Under the pieces are notes generated by a model. It had not been told where the DNA came from. It was given only the letters and a program-made list of their open reading frames with translations, and ran no database searches. A stretch of DNA of 64,000 nt from Candidatus Gottesmanbacteria bacterium (lineage in GTDB: Bacteria; Patescibacteriota; Microgenomatia; UBA10105; UBA927). Within the stretch, counting starts at the first letter, position 1. Every line of letters starts with the position of its first letter. Shown piece after piece: positions 46,532 through 55,602 of this stretch. The translations under genes were made by a program, and so were the position numbers. The stretch lies in the NCBI GenBank assembly GCA_016214885.1, contig JACRMP010000015.1, forward strand, positions 13,420 through 77,419, read 5' to 3'.

Positions 46532-48781
46532 ATGAAATACTTACGCGTGTGGTATGTACTAGGAGCGTCTATTGCACTGATTTGTGTATTTTTTTACCAA
46601 ACGCTATTTTACGGCAAGCTCCCTGTCCCATCGGATACGCTTGTCGGGTTGTATCATCCGTGGCGTGATTTGTATGCCAAAGAATACCCCCGCGGGATAC
46701 CGTATAAAAATTTTCTTATCACTGACCCCGTACGTCAGCAGATACCGTGGCGCAAAGTCGTAATGGATGCATGGAAAAACGGCAGCGCTCCCACGATAAA
46801 TGCATTCACATTTGCGGGAGCACCCATAGATGCGAATGTACAGGCTGCTCCGTTTTATCCTTTAAATATTCTGTTCCTTCTGCTGCCATTTTCCGCGGCG
46901 TGGACCCTGCTTATCATGCTTCAGCCCTTTTTAGCCGGGATTTTTCTTTATATGTATCTACGGCGCCATGCACTTTCGGTGGCAGCGGCTTTTACCGGGG
47001 CTATGTCGTGGGCTTTTGGGGGGTTCGCGGTAGCCTGGCTTACCTGGGGCACCATCATGCATACTGCGTTATGGCTTCCCCTTATGCTACTGTCCGTGGA
47101 CAATCTAGTTCTTGCCGATAAAAAGAAGGCATTTTATGCCAAATGGACGATGGTGTTGGCTACCGCAGGTATCATGACAATTCTTGCAGGGCACATCCAG
47201 GTAGCGCTTTATAGCGGCCTTGCAGTGTGTGCGTACATGATATGGAAGCGGAAGGATATCACGGGCAGGCGGCATTATCCATGGATAGTGCTCGCGATCC
47301 TTGCCGTTGTGGTGGTGACGGCTATCCAATGGGTACCCCTCGTTTCATTTTTTTCTGAATCGGGAAGGGCGTCCGCTTCGGCTTCTTATCTTAAAGCCGG
47401 CTGGTTTGTGCCTTGGCAGCATTTGGCACAGTTTGTGGCTCCCGATTTTTTCGGGAATCCGGCGACCCTCAATTACTGGGGCGAGTGGAATTACGGGGAA
47501 TTTGTGGGCTACGTCGGTATAATTCCTTTGGTGTTTGCAATAAGTGCGTTGTTTTCGGGCGGCATACCGGGATTCTTCACCAGTGTCATCATAGTATGTC
47601 TTTTGGGTATACTGCAAAGCCCGCTAAGCCGCTTGCCGTTTGTCTTGGAGCTGCCGGTTCTATCGGTCATGCAGCCTACCCGGCTTATGGTACTCCTGGA
47701 TTTTGCTCTTTCTGTGCTTGCCGCATATGGCCTCGATACATTTCTCAAAGGGGGGCGGCGAAAATTACGTGTTGGCGTCGCGGTAACCGCCGTATTTTTG
47801 GGTATACTTTGGGTGATAGTGCTTGGGGCTAAATATATAGGCGCTGACTCAGCGACCCTTGCCAATCTTACGGTCGCAAAACGGAATCTTGTGATACCGA
47901 CCGGTATATTCGGCTTTTTGGCCATCTTGCTTGTTATATTTTCACGTGTCAGATATGCGTTATGGAAATATCTGGGAATTACCGCTGTATGCATGGTTAT
48001 TGTATTTGACCTGTTCCGGTTCGGGTGGAAGTTTACTCCGTTTACCGATCCCGCGTACTTTTTCCCCAAAACAGGCATTATCAGTTTTTTGGAGCAGCAG
48101 GATCCTCCGTTTAGAGTGATGAGTCTTGATGACAGGATTCTACCACCGAATGTAAGCGCATATTACGGTATCGAATCGGTAGAAGGGTATGATCCGGTAG
48201 CATCGGTGCTGTACGAGAATTTTTTGGCGGCCAGCGAACGGGGAAATGCAAATGTTATGCAAGGATCCGGATTTAATCGGATTTATACTGCTCACAATAT
48301 CGATTCGGTTCTTTTGCCGTATCTTAACGTAAAGTATGTTTTGACACTTACCGATATTTCCCGTCCCTTTTTACGGGAAGTTATGCGTGAAGGGGAAACA
48401 AGGCTATATGAATATACGCAAAGCTATCCACGGGTATATCTTGCTGACGCGGTACAGGTTGCCAAGGGGGCTGATACGCTGGCTAAACTATTTGCATCGG
48501 AAACTAAATATACAGCAGTGTATGACGGATATCCGCATGTGGTAAACATGCCTCTTACCGGCAACGAATCTGCGGAAATACTATCATATAGCGCCGGTAG
48601 CATTGCTGTACGGGTGCACGCAGAAAATGAACGCCTCCTTGTCTTATTAAACCGTTTTGACCGCCGGTGGACCGCCACGGTAGACGGACTAAAGGCACCC
48701 AATCTCACCCGGGTGAACTATCTTTTTATGGGATTAAAAGTATCTCCCGGCAGTCATGATATTATATTGTCGTACCGTTGA
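46532..48781 (+). CDS. YfhO-family GT-C membrane glycosyltransferase (group B, 749 aa)
   Basis: Paralog of 43167-45479: LPVPSDTL...IPWRKVVMDAWKNG..., and C-terminal RRWTATVDGLKAP...SPGSHDI. Confidence 0.65.
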   Translation: MKYLRVWYVLGASIALICVFFYQTLFYGKLPVPSDTLVGLYHPWRDLYAKEYPRGIPYKNFLITDPVRQQIPWRKVVMDAWKNGSAPTINAFTFAGAPIDANVQAAPFYPLNILFLLLPFSAAWTLLIMLQPFLAGIFLYMYLRRHALSVAAAFTGAMSWAFGGFAVAWLTWGTIMHTALWLPLMLLSVDNLVLADKKKAFYAKWTMVLATAGIMTILAGHIQVALYSGLAVCAYMIWKRKDITGRRHYPWIVLAILAVVVVTAIQWVPLVSFFSESGRASASASYLKAGWFVPWQHLAQFVAPDFFGNPATLNYWGEWNYGEFVGYVGIIPLVFAISALFSGGIPGFFTSVIIVCLLGILQSPLSRLPFVLELPVLSVMQPTRLMVLLDFALSVLAAYGLDTFLKGGRRKLRVGVAVTAVFLGILWVIVLGAKYIGADSATLANLTVAKRNLVIPTGIFGFLAILLVIFSRVRYALWKYLGITAVCMVIVFDLFRFGWKFTPFTDPAYFFPKTGIISFLEQQDPPFRVMSLDDRILPPNVSAYYGIESVEGYDPVASVLYENFLAASERGNANVMQGSGFNRIYTAHNIDSVLLPYLNVKYVLTLTDISRPFLREVMREGETRLYEYTQSYPRVYLADAVQVAKGADTLAKLFASETKYTAVYDGYPHVVNMPLTGNESAEILSYSAGSIAVRVHAENERLLVLLNRFDRRWTATVDGLKAPNLTRVNYLFMGLKVSPGSHDIILSYR

Positions 48782-48793
48782 GTTACTTCACCC

Positions 48794-49711
48794 ATGAAAA
48801 AAGCACCATTATCCGTAAGCATTGTTATCCCTAATTGGAACGGGGCGGCATTACTCCGTAAAAATCTTCCTGCGGTTATTGCAGCAGCAAACGGCGCTCA
48901 AATAATAGTTGCCGATGATGCATCAGAGGACGAATCGGTGAAACTTCTTGCGGATTTGTTTCCGGAAGTGTCCGTTGTTGCCAGCTCTACCCGTCAGGGT
49001 TTTTCCGGAAATATAAACAACGGGGTAGCCAATGCAACCGGTGACATTATCATTCTTCTTAACACTGATGTGCGGCCGAATAAGGATTTTATTCCTCCCC
49101 TGATCGCCCGGTTTTCTGATCCGAGAGTGGCGGCAGTGGGGTGTTTAGAAGAAAGCCATGAGCCGGAGGGCGTGGTGAAACGCGGCAGGGGAATCGCACG
49201 GTGGGAAAAAGGGTTCTTTGTGCATTCCCGCGGAGAAGTAAACGCTACTGATACCGCATGGGTTTCCGGAGGAAGCAGCGCTTTCAGAAGAAGTGTCTGG
49301 CAGGAACTGGGAGGCATGGATACCGTGTATAATCCGTTTTATTGGGAAGATATAGATCTATCTTACCAGATACTTAAATCGGGGTATACCATTATGTTTG
49401 AACCAAAAAGTGTCGTAGGGCATTACCATGAGGAAGGAAAAATAAAAACATCGTTTACCCCTTCGGACATTAAGCGTATTGTTTACAGAAACCAGTTTAT
49501 TTTTCTTTGGAAAAACATCTCAGACCCTTCGCTATGGGCAGTTCATTGCCTATGGATGCCGGTACGGCTGGCGCAGGCGCTGCTTCGTGGTGACATGCTT
49601 ATGTTGCAGGGGTATGGTATGGTACTACCCCGCTTAATAGATGTGTATAAAAGCAGAAACAGGGCGTCCGTCCACTGGCGCCGTAAAGACCGCGAAATAT
49701 TCCCATACTAA
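48794..49711 (+). CDS. GT2 family glycosyltransferase
   Basis: VSIVIPNWNG, VADDASEDES, LNTDV motifs. Confidence 0.75.
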   Translation: MKKAPLSVSIVIPNWNGAALLRKNLPAVIAAANGAQIIVADDASEDESVKLLADLFPEVSVVASSTRQGFSGNINNGVANATGDIIILLNTDVRPNKDFIPPLIARFSDPRVAAVGCLEESHEPEGVVKRGRGIARWEKGFFVHSRGEVNATDTAWVSGGSSAFRRSVWQELGGMDTVYNPFYWEDIDLSYQILKSGYTIMFEPKSVVGHYHEEGKIKTSFTPSDIKRIVYRNQFIFLWKNISDPSLWAVHCLWMPVRLAQALLRGDMLMLQGYGMVLPRLIDVYKSRNRASVHWRRKDREIFPY

Positions 49712-49717
49712 CCCACT

Positions 49718-50581
49718 ATGCAATGCATACTTTGTGATATCCCTTTGGAAAAATACCTATATAAAAACGGGTATTGGATACAGAGGTGTCCATCATGCCA
49801 TCTGGGGGAAACTGATCTTAAGCGCGATTACACCAAATTCGTGAAGGAATTTTATTCGCAGGGATATTATGAAGGAGATCCGACAAGAAGCGCCTATGCC
49901 GATTATGAGTTGGATAAGCCCCTTATTGTCAAAAACATGCAGAAGTTCCTTTCCTTTATCGCCAAAAAGAAACCAACAGGCAAACTGCTGGATGTAGGGT
50001 GTGCGTTCGGATTTGTGGTGGAACTGGCCGTCAAAAGGGGTTACGACGCCTACGGATTTGACCCGTCTACGTTTGCGGCAAAAAAAGCGGGAGAGCTTGT
50101 AGGAAATGACAGGATCCAGGAGGGGACTATCCAACAGGTGCGTTATCCGAAATCAAGCTTTGACATAATCACCATGTTTGACGTATTTGAACATCTGCAG
50201 GATCCTCTTTCGGATATGCGGAAACTCCACTCACTGCTTAAGCCGGATGGTATCATTATCATCGCGACCGGAGACACCCGGAGTTTGGCGGCCAGAATTA
50301 TGAAGCGGCGCTGGACGTTTTTTATTCCTCCCCAGCATATATTCTTTTTCCACCGTAAGAATATTGCAGTGCTTCTTAACAAAGCGGGATTTACGCCGCG
50401 GAAGTGGCATAGGGTAGGTAAATGGCTGAGCCTGGGGTATGTGCTTCATCTTGCACGAACCACAGGGGAGAGCGCGTTTGCGAATATAATTTATGCACTG
50501 GTCCGCTACACTCCCCTCATGCGGTTCCCGCTCTATATCCCGATGAAGGATAATATGGTGATTCTTGCAGAGAAACGGTAA
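49718..50581 (+). CDS. class I SAM-dependent methyltransferase with N-terminal Zn-ribbon
   Basis: CxxC...CxxC N-terminus, then SAM-binding motif I LLDVGCAFG and ITMFDVFEHL. Confidence 0.75.
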   Translation: MQCILCDIPLEKYLYKNGYWIQRCPSCHLGETDLKRDYTKFVKEFYSQGYYEGDPTRSAYADYELDKPLIVKNMQKFLSFIAKKKPTGKLLDVGCAFGFVVELAVKRGYDAYGFDPSTFAAKKAGELVGNDRIQEGTIQQVRYPKSSFDIITMFDVFEHLQDPLSDMRKLHSLLKPDGIIIIATGDTRSLAARIMKRRWTFFIPPQHIFFFHRKNIAVLLNKAGFTPRKWHRVGKWLSLGYVLHLARTTGESAFANIIYALVRYTPLMRFPLYIPMKDNMVILAEKR

Positions 50582-50605
50582 TCCGCGATATGATGGGGTG
50601 AACGT

Positions 50606-52318
50606 ATGAATTTATTCCGCAGGCACTGGAAAACCGTTCTTTTTTTTGTACTTCTTCTTGCCATTTTTGTCACCAATGCGTTCCATGAAAAATATCCGGA
50701 TGAATTCGACAGTATCGTTGGCGGCAGATACATAACGGAGGGGCGCCTCCCGTACCGTGACTGGTTCCAGCATCACCAGCCGGGGGCATATGTCATGGCG
50801 GCCACAATCCTTCCGTTTACGGGTTATTCGTTTGTAAAATTCAGGGTTGGTTGGGAGATTGTTCTTTTTGCACTTCTCGTAGGATCGTACTTCCTTATAA
50901 AAAGCAGGCTGCCGAAGCGGGATCTTTCGTTTTATGTTGTTCTTCTTTTTGTGATAGGGCTATCCGGAACATACTTTTGGGGGCATATGCTGCTTGCCGA
51001 TACACTTGCAGGCTACTTTATCCTGCCTTCGTTTGCCCTCCTGTTTCTTAAGGATTATTACCGGGAGAAGTTTGACAGGACTGACCTTATCATCGTCGGA
51101 GGTTTTGCATTTTTAAGCTGGTTTACCTCCATGACCTATATATTTATCGTCGCCGCTATTTCCCTCTATGCGCTGTATCTTTTTATTCTTTCGTCAGGCA
51201 AGGCAACGTTTAAAGGGGTATTGAGCGGTGTTGCCACGCTCGCTTTCCCATATGTGGTATTCGGGCTTTATTTACTCTTCACCGGAAGTATTGCCGATTA
51301 TTACTGGGCAAACATTGTCTATAACACCAATTATTATATTTATAATTACCCGCACGCCCCGGGTGCGCCCATAAACCCCATCCGGTATGCGGCAGTTATT
51401 TTTGATACGTTCATCAACAACTATCTCCTCGCAGTTTGGGGAGCCAAGGATTTTCCGCTCGGGAGCCCGGTTCAGGTAACCTTAGCATTTTCTTCCGCTG
51501 CGGCAATTGTGCTGGTAATACTGCGCAAACGGCTGTTATTCCTTATTCCGCTCCTTACCGTGCTTGTGTTTTCCAATGCCCGGAGCAATCCGCAGTCCAT
51601 CCGCGAAACTGATTATCAGGCATTTGTGTATATTATTACCTCCATGTTTAACGGATTGTTTTCCCTTTGGGCAGTGCGGGAGCTTCTGGACGATAAAGTG
51701 CGGGCGTTTTCTTCTAAAATTGCCCTGTCCGGACTTTTTCTTACACTTCTTTTTTACTGGATAGCAACACCGCTTCACTTTTTTATGAAAATGGAACAGA
51801 AGTTTTTCCCCAAGTATATGGGGACAGCCCCTCTTATCTACAGCAGACCGCAGATAGCGCCTTATGTAAATGCCATCGTGACACCGAACGATTATGTGTA
51901 CATCGGCCCGTTTGAGTTTGAAGAACTGTTCTATCTCACCAGCAAAAAACAACCGAGTAAATACCACTGGTTCCTTGACCATGCGGCAAAAAGCAAAATA
52001 AAGGACGAATTGCTTGCTGATCTTAATAAAAACAAACCCAAGCTTATCGTATTTCAGCGTGACTTTGCCCCATGGGGAGGAGATCCCAAAACATATAACT
52101 GGTGGATGACCGAGTTTCTGGACGATAATTATTTCAGACTATTTACCCTAAACGGCACGCTCACCGACGTGCAGTACAAATGGAAACTCGATAAAACCCA
52201 GAACTTTGATATTGACGGGACGTTTAATTTTGACAAGCGCTACCAGAAGGAGATCATCGATAAACTTCTCTCGTTAGGGTATATAGAAGCACTTCCCAAG
52301 ATACAAAAATCTAACTAA
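50606..52318 (+). CDS. polytopic membrane protein with C-terminal soluble domain (unclassified, GT-C-like by context)
   Basis: ~11 TM. YPDEFDS acidic loop after TM1. ~150-aa hydrophilic C-terminus. Confidence 0.4.
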   Translation: MNLFRRHWKTVLFFVLLLAIFVTNAFHEKYPDEFDSIVGGRYITEGRLPYRDWFQHHQPGAYVMAATILPFTGYSFVKFRVGWEIVLFALLVGSYFLIKSRLPKRDLSFYVVLLFVIGLSGTYFWGHMLLADTLAGYFILPSFALLFLKDYYREKFDRTDLIIVGGFAFLSWFTSMTYIFIVAAISLYALYLFILSSGKATFKGVLSGVATLAFPYVVFGLYLLFTGSIADYYWANIVYNTNYYIYNYPHAPGAPINPIRYAAVIFDTFINNYLLAVWGAKDFPLGSPVQVTLAFSSAAAIVLVILRKRLLFLIPLLTVLVFSNARSNPQSIRETDYQAFVYIITSMFNGLFSLWAVRELLDDKVRAFSSKIALSGLFLTLLFYWIATPLHFFMKMEQKFFPKYMGTAPLIYSRPQIAPYVNAIVTPNDYVYIGPFEFEELFYLTSKKQPSKYHWFLDHAAKSKIKDELLADLNKNKPKLIVFQRDFAPWGGDPKTYNWWMTEFLDDNYFRLFTLNGTLTDVQYKWKLDKTQNFDIDGTFNFDKRYQKEIIDKLLSLGYIEALPKIQKSN

Positions 52319-52327
52319 AAATACTTC

Positions 52328-53971
52328 TCAGCGGAGGGTTGCCGCGATAAATACCCCGGGTGTGTATCTGCCTGATATGTCTCCCACCTTTTCAAATGCT
52401 TTCTCGTGGACAGCATATTCCGGTTTAGAAAGGATAAATAATGTTTTCTCTCCCTCAGTAAGTGCCGTCAGGTCAAGTTTGGGATCCATAAGCTTGATGC
52501 CGTTAGTGTCCCAGGTGGCGGCGGTAAATAGATACTTACCGAAGTGCTCCCTCGTCCCTGATTGCTGATAAAAGGTAGGATCGACGGCATTCCAGTAGAG
52601 CATAAAGACGTAGGGGCGCCAATAATAGCCGGATATGACAACCCTGTCATATTCAGTTTCATGCGCCCTGACATATCCCGCCATTTGTTTATAGCCGTCG
52701 CCGAAGGAAAGCGCGTTTTTGGTTGGATTGTCTACAAAGTACGCGTAGTGAAATTTAGGGAAAACGAGCAAAAATGCGATCCCCATGAGTATTGCGGATA
52801 GCGTTGCTGCTTTAACGGAATTTTTTTGTTTTACATACCCATATAGAGAGAGGATGCCCAAGCCTGTTATAAGAGAAAAGACCGGGGCGGCAATAAGGGT
52901 GCGCAGGGTATTGGGCTGGTTTACACTGAACGCACCAGGCAAAAACGCCGTAAATAGCCAGATGCAAATGAAAACTGCCGCAAACGGCGACAACGTTGTG
53001 AGTGAAAGTAATCCCAATGGAATCAGTATTGCCTCAATAGGATAGAGAGTGCCGTAGGTGCCGGTTCCGGTGACAAACAAATTGTGGGGCGATATATTTT
53101 TCGCGTAATTATCTACTATGGTTTGGGCAAGTGCGACCCTGCGGTTATATACAATTTTTTGGATGAGGGTGGGAGTAATTCCCATTTTATTGACATACTC
53201 TTCCCGCAATTTATGATAGTTGGGGTCATTGACGACGCTTACGATGGAAATCCGCTCCATGCCGCCGGGGGAGAGCATTTCCCTTCCCATGGGAAAGAAA
53301 GCCAAAAGACAAATTACTGCGGTAAGCAGTGTAATTTTCCATTCTTTGATAATTACTTTTCTCAGGTAGATGAGATAAAAAAGTCCGACAAACGGGATAA
53401 CCAGGCGTACGGAATAATAAAAATAAAGCGCGGCAACGAAACTAAGACCTGCAGGCAGAATAAAGGAGTATTTTTTAATACTCCGCAACATGAAATAGGT
53501 GCCAAGCATAAACCAGAACACAGCGCCATTGCTTTCAAAAAGCTGGCGCGAAAAATTTATGTGCCACGGGGATACGGCAAATACCAGCATAGGGATAAGC
53601 GCCTGTTTCCGGTTTTTAAGAATTTCTAGGGCTATCCCATACATGAGTACTACGGAAAGCACACCGAAGATGGCCGATGGAAGCCGTGCGGATAGTTCAG
53701 AAAGACCAAACAACGCTACCATAGGGACGGTAGCATATACCATGCCGGGAAGTTTATAGTCATCGAATGACCGGAAAAGGAGGGGGTAGCCAGCCCCGTA
53801 TTCATCTTTGCCCGTTTTCAGAATTGAATAGGCGTTGTACGCAATAGCAGTTTCGTCATGAGACAGCGACGGGGGGATTTGGGTAAGCCGGTCAAACCGC
53901 AGATAGATACCTACGGTTAGTATGACAGTGAATAACAGCCAAACGGCCGGAGATTTTTTAATTTGTTTCAT
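52328..53971 (-). CDS. GT39/GT83-like (ArnT/PMT_2 family) GT-C membrane glycosyltransferase (group C)
   Basis: SHDETAIAYNAYSILKTGKDEYG DE-loop motif, ~12 TM. Tandem with paralog 53968-55602. Confidence 0.7.
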   Translation of the reverse strand: MKQIKKSPAVWLLFTVILTVGIYLRFDRLTQIPPSLSHDETAIAYNAYSILKTGKDEYGAGYPLLFRSFDDYKLPGMVYATVPMVALFGLSELSARLPSAIFGVLSVVLMYGIALEILKNRKQALIPMLVFAVSPWHINFSRQLFESNGAVFWFMLGTYFMLRSIKKYSFILPAGLSFVAALYFYYSVRLVIPFVGLFYLIYLRKVIIKEWKITLLTAVICLLAFFPMGREMLSPGGMERISIVSVVNDPNYHKLREEYVNKMGITPTLIQKIVYNRRVALAQTIVDNYAKNISPHNLFVTGTGTYGTLYPIEAILIPLGLLSLTTLSPFAAVFICIWLFTAFLPGAFSVNQPNTLRTLIAAPVFSLITGLGILSLYGYVKQKNSVKAATLSAILMGIAFLLVFPKFHYAYFVDNPTKNALSFGDGYKQMAGYVRAHETEYDRVVISGYYWRPYVFMLYWNAVDPTFYQQSGTREHFGKYLFTAATWDTNGIKLMDPKLDLTALTEGEKTLFILSKPEYAVHEKAFEKVGDISGRYTPGVFIAATLR

Positions 53972-55602
53972 TTGTCCGTATCGATTATCGTAAAATGCGG
54001 TGTAGCATCGGGTAGTTGTATTTCAGCAACAACTTTTGGCTGGAGTTCACGCGGCACTTCATCGGATTTGGCAATAAGCAGAGTATTGGGGACGGCAAGA
54101 TCCTTTTGCCAGTCTATGGCTCTGAATGAAAATCTTCCGAAGCCTGATACATCGGAGAATCCGTCTCGCGATATCGGGTAACGGGTAGCCTGTTTTTGAT
54201 AGCTCCCCGGGTTGTATCCGCTGTAAAACATGAGATAGATATACGGGGATGTTTCGGGGTGTGTCATGATGACATTTTTATTTTTATTACTGTCAGAAAA
54301 TAAGACGGGGGTGAGTTTTTTGTATGCGTAGCCCCAGTGGGTAGCTTCGTTTTTGGGGAAGTGGACAAAATATCTGTCAAGATAATATCCCATGGAGCCC
54401 ATGTAGCCTGCTATCAGAACGAGTATCGCAATTTTTTTTCCGTGGGCAGAAGTATATTCCATAAAGAGATGAAATCCGGCACCGGCGGCAATGGCAAACG
54501 ACGGTACGACGGCAAGCATGCGGTTGGAATGGGGCGCATCTTTGGTGATAGCGGCGGCAACTGCACCTGTTGCAATCCACCATAAAATGAATTTTGATTC
54601 CTTTTTCCGGAGCTGAGATATAAGCCATGAAATACCCGCGATGAGAAGCGCTGCTTCTATAGGATGGAGATTGCCATAGCCTTGGATATTATGTGCTCTG
54701 TTGCCGCCTCCCTTGATAAACAAAAATTCTGATCCGTATGACTTGAGGTAGTTTTGGGTAACGGTGATGATAGCGTACGTTACCCTATTGTGCATAAGGC
54801 GGGTAGCTATTGAATTTGGATTGTCGTGCAGAAGACGCGGTAACTCAATTTCTTTGTGAATAACCGTTGGGTCTCCGAATATGGATATGCCGCTTATTTT
54901 GGTGTGATCAGCCGAAAACGTAACGGCAAGTATAGTGAGCGTGAGCGTTCCTCCTGCAGCTAGCGCCACCCACCAGCGGGGAACGCGGATAATATCTTTC
55001 CAGTAGATGATAACAATACCCAGTAGGAGGAGGGTAGTGGATATATGGGTGCCGTGATACGTCCAGTAGGTGAGGGCAAAAAGAATTGCAGCCAACGTGA
55101 GGTACAGCACTGATTTATTGCGGAGCGCAGTAAGAAACAGAAGGGAGCCTGTTATGCAAAAAAATACCGCTGTCACCGCTTCAGATTCCACCCGCGAAAT
55201 ATGGATATGCCACGGCATGAGTGCTAAAGATAAGGCCGCCACTAATGCTATTGAAGATGAGGAGAATAGCATTCTCGCCAGGAAAAATAAGAGAGCGACG
55301 GAGGCAGAGCCTGCAAGCGCCGACGGAAGACGGACAGCAAGCTCCGAAAGTCCAAATATCTTCACAAACGGTATGGTCATGTAAATATATAACGGCAATT
55401 TCCAGTCTCCGAATGACTCAAATGATAGAGGAAACGTTCTCCCGTATTCATCTTTACCCGTGGTCATCAGGGAGTATGCAGTTACACCGATGCTTGCTTC
55501 ATCGCGATTGACACCGGGCGGGGTGTTACGTAATCCGTAAAGCCTGAGTATGGCTGCTATTATGATGATGGAAATTAACGAGTATCTGACGAACGGTTTC
55601 AT
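53968..55602 (-). CDS. GT39/GT83-like (ArnT/PMT_2 family) GT-C membrane glycosyltransferase (group C)
   Basis: NRDEASIGVTAYSLMTTGKDEYG motif. Stop/start overlap with both neighbours. Confidence 0.7.
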   Translation of the reverse strand: MKPFVRYSLISIIIIAAILRLYGLRNTPPGVNRDEASIGVTAYSLMTTGKDEYGRTFPLSFESFGDWKLPLYIYMTIPFVKIFGLSELAVRLPSALAGSASVALLFFLARMLFSSSSIALVAALSLALMPWHIHISRVESEAVTAVFFCITGSLLFLTALRNKSVLYLTLAAILFALTYWTYHGTHISTTLLLLGIVIIYWKDIIRVPRWWVALAAGGTLTLTILAVTFSADHTKISGISIFGDPTVIHKEIELPRLLHDNPNSIATRLMHNRVTYAIITVTQNYLKSYGSEFLFIKGGGNRAHNIQGYGNLHPIEAALLIAGISWLISQLRKKESKFILWWIATGAVAAAITKDAPHSNRMLAVVPSFAIAAGAGFHLFMEYTSAHGKKIAILVLIAGYMGSMGYYLDRYFVHFPKNEATHWGYAYKKLTPVLFSDSNKNKNVIMTHPETSPYIYLMFYSGYNPGSYQKQATRYPISRDGFSDVSGFGRFSFRAIDWQKDLAVPNTLLIAKSDEVPRELQPKVVAEIQLPDATPHFTIIDTDK

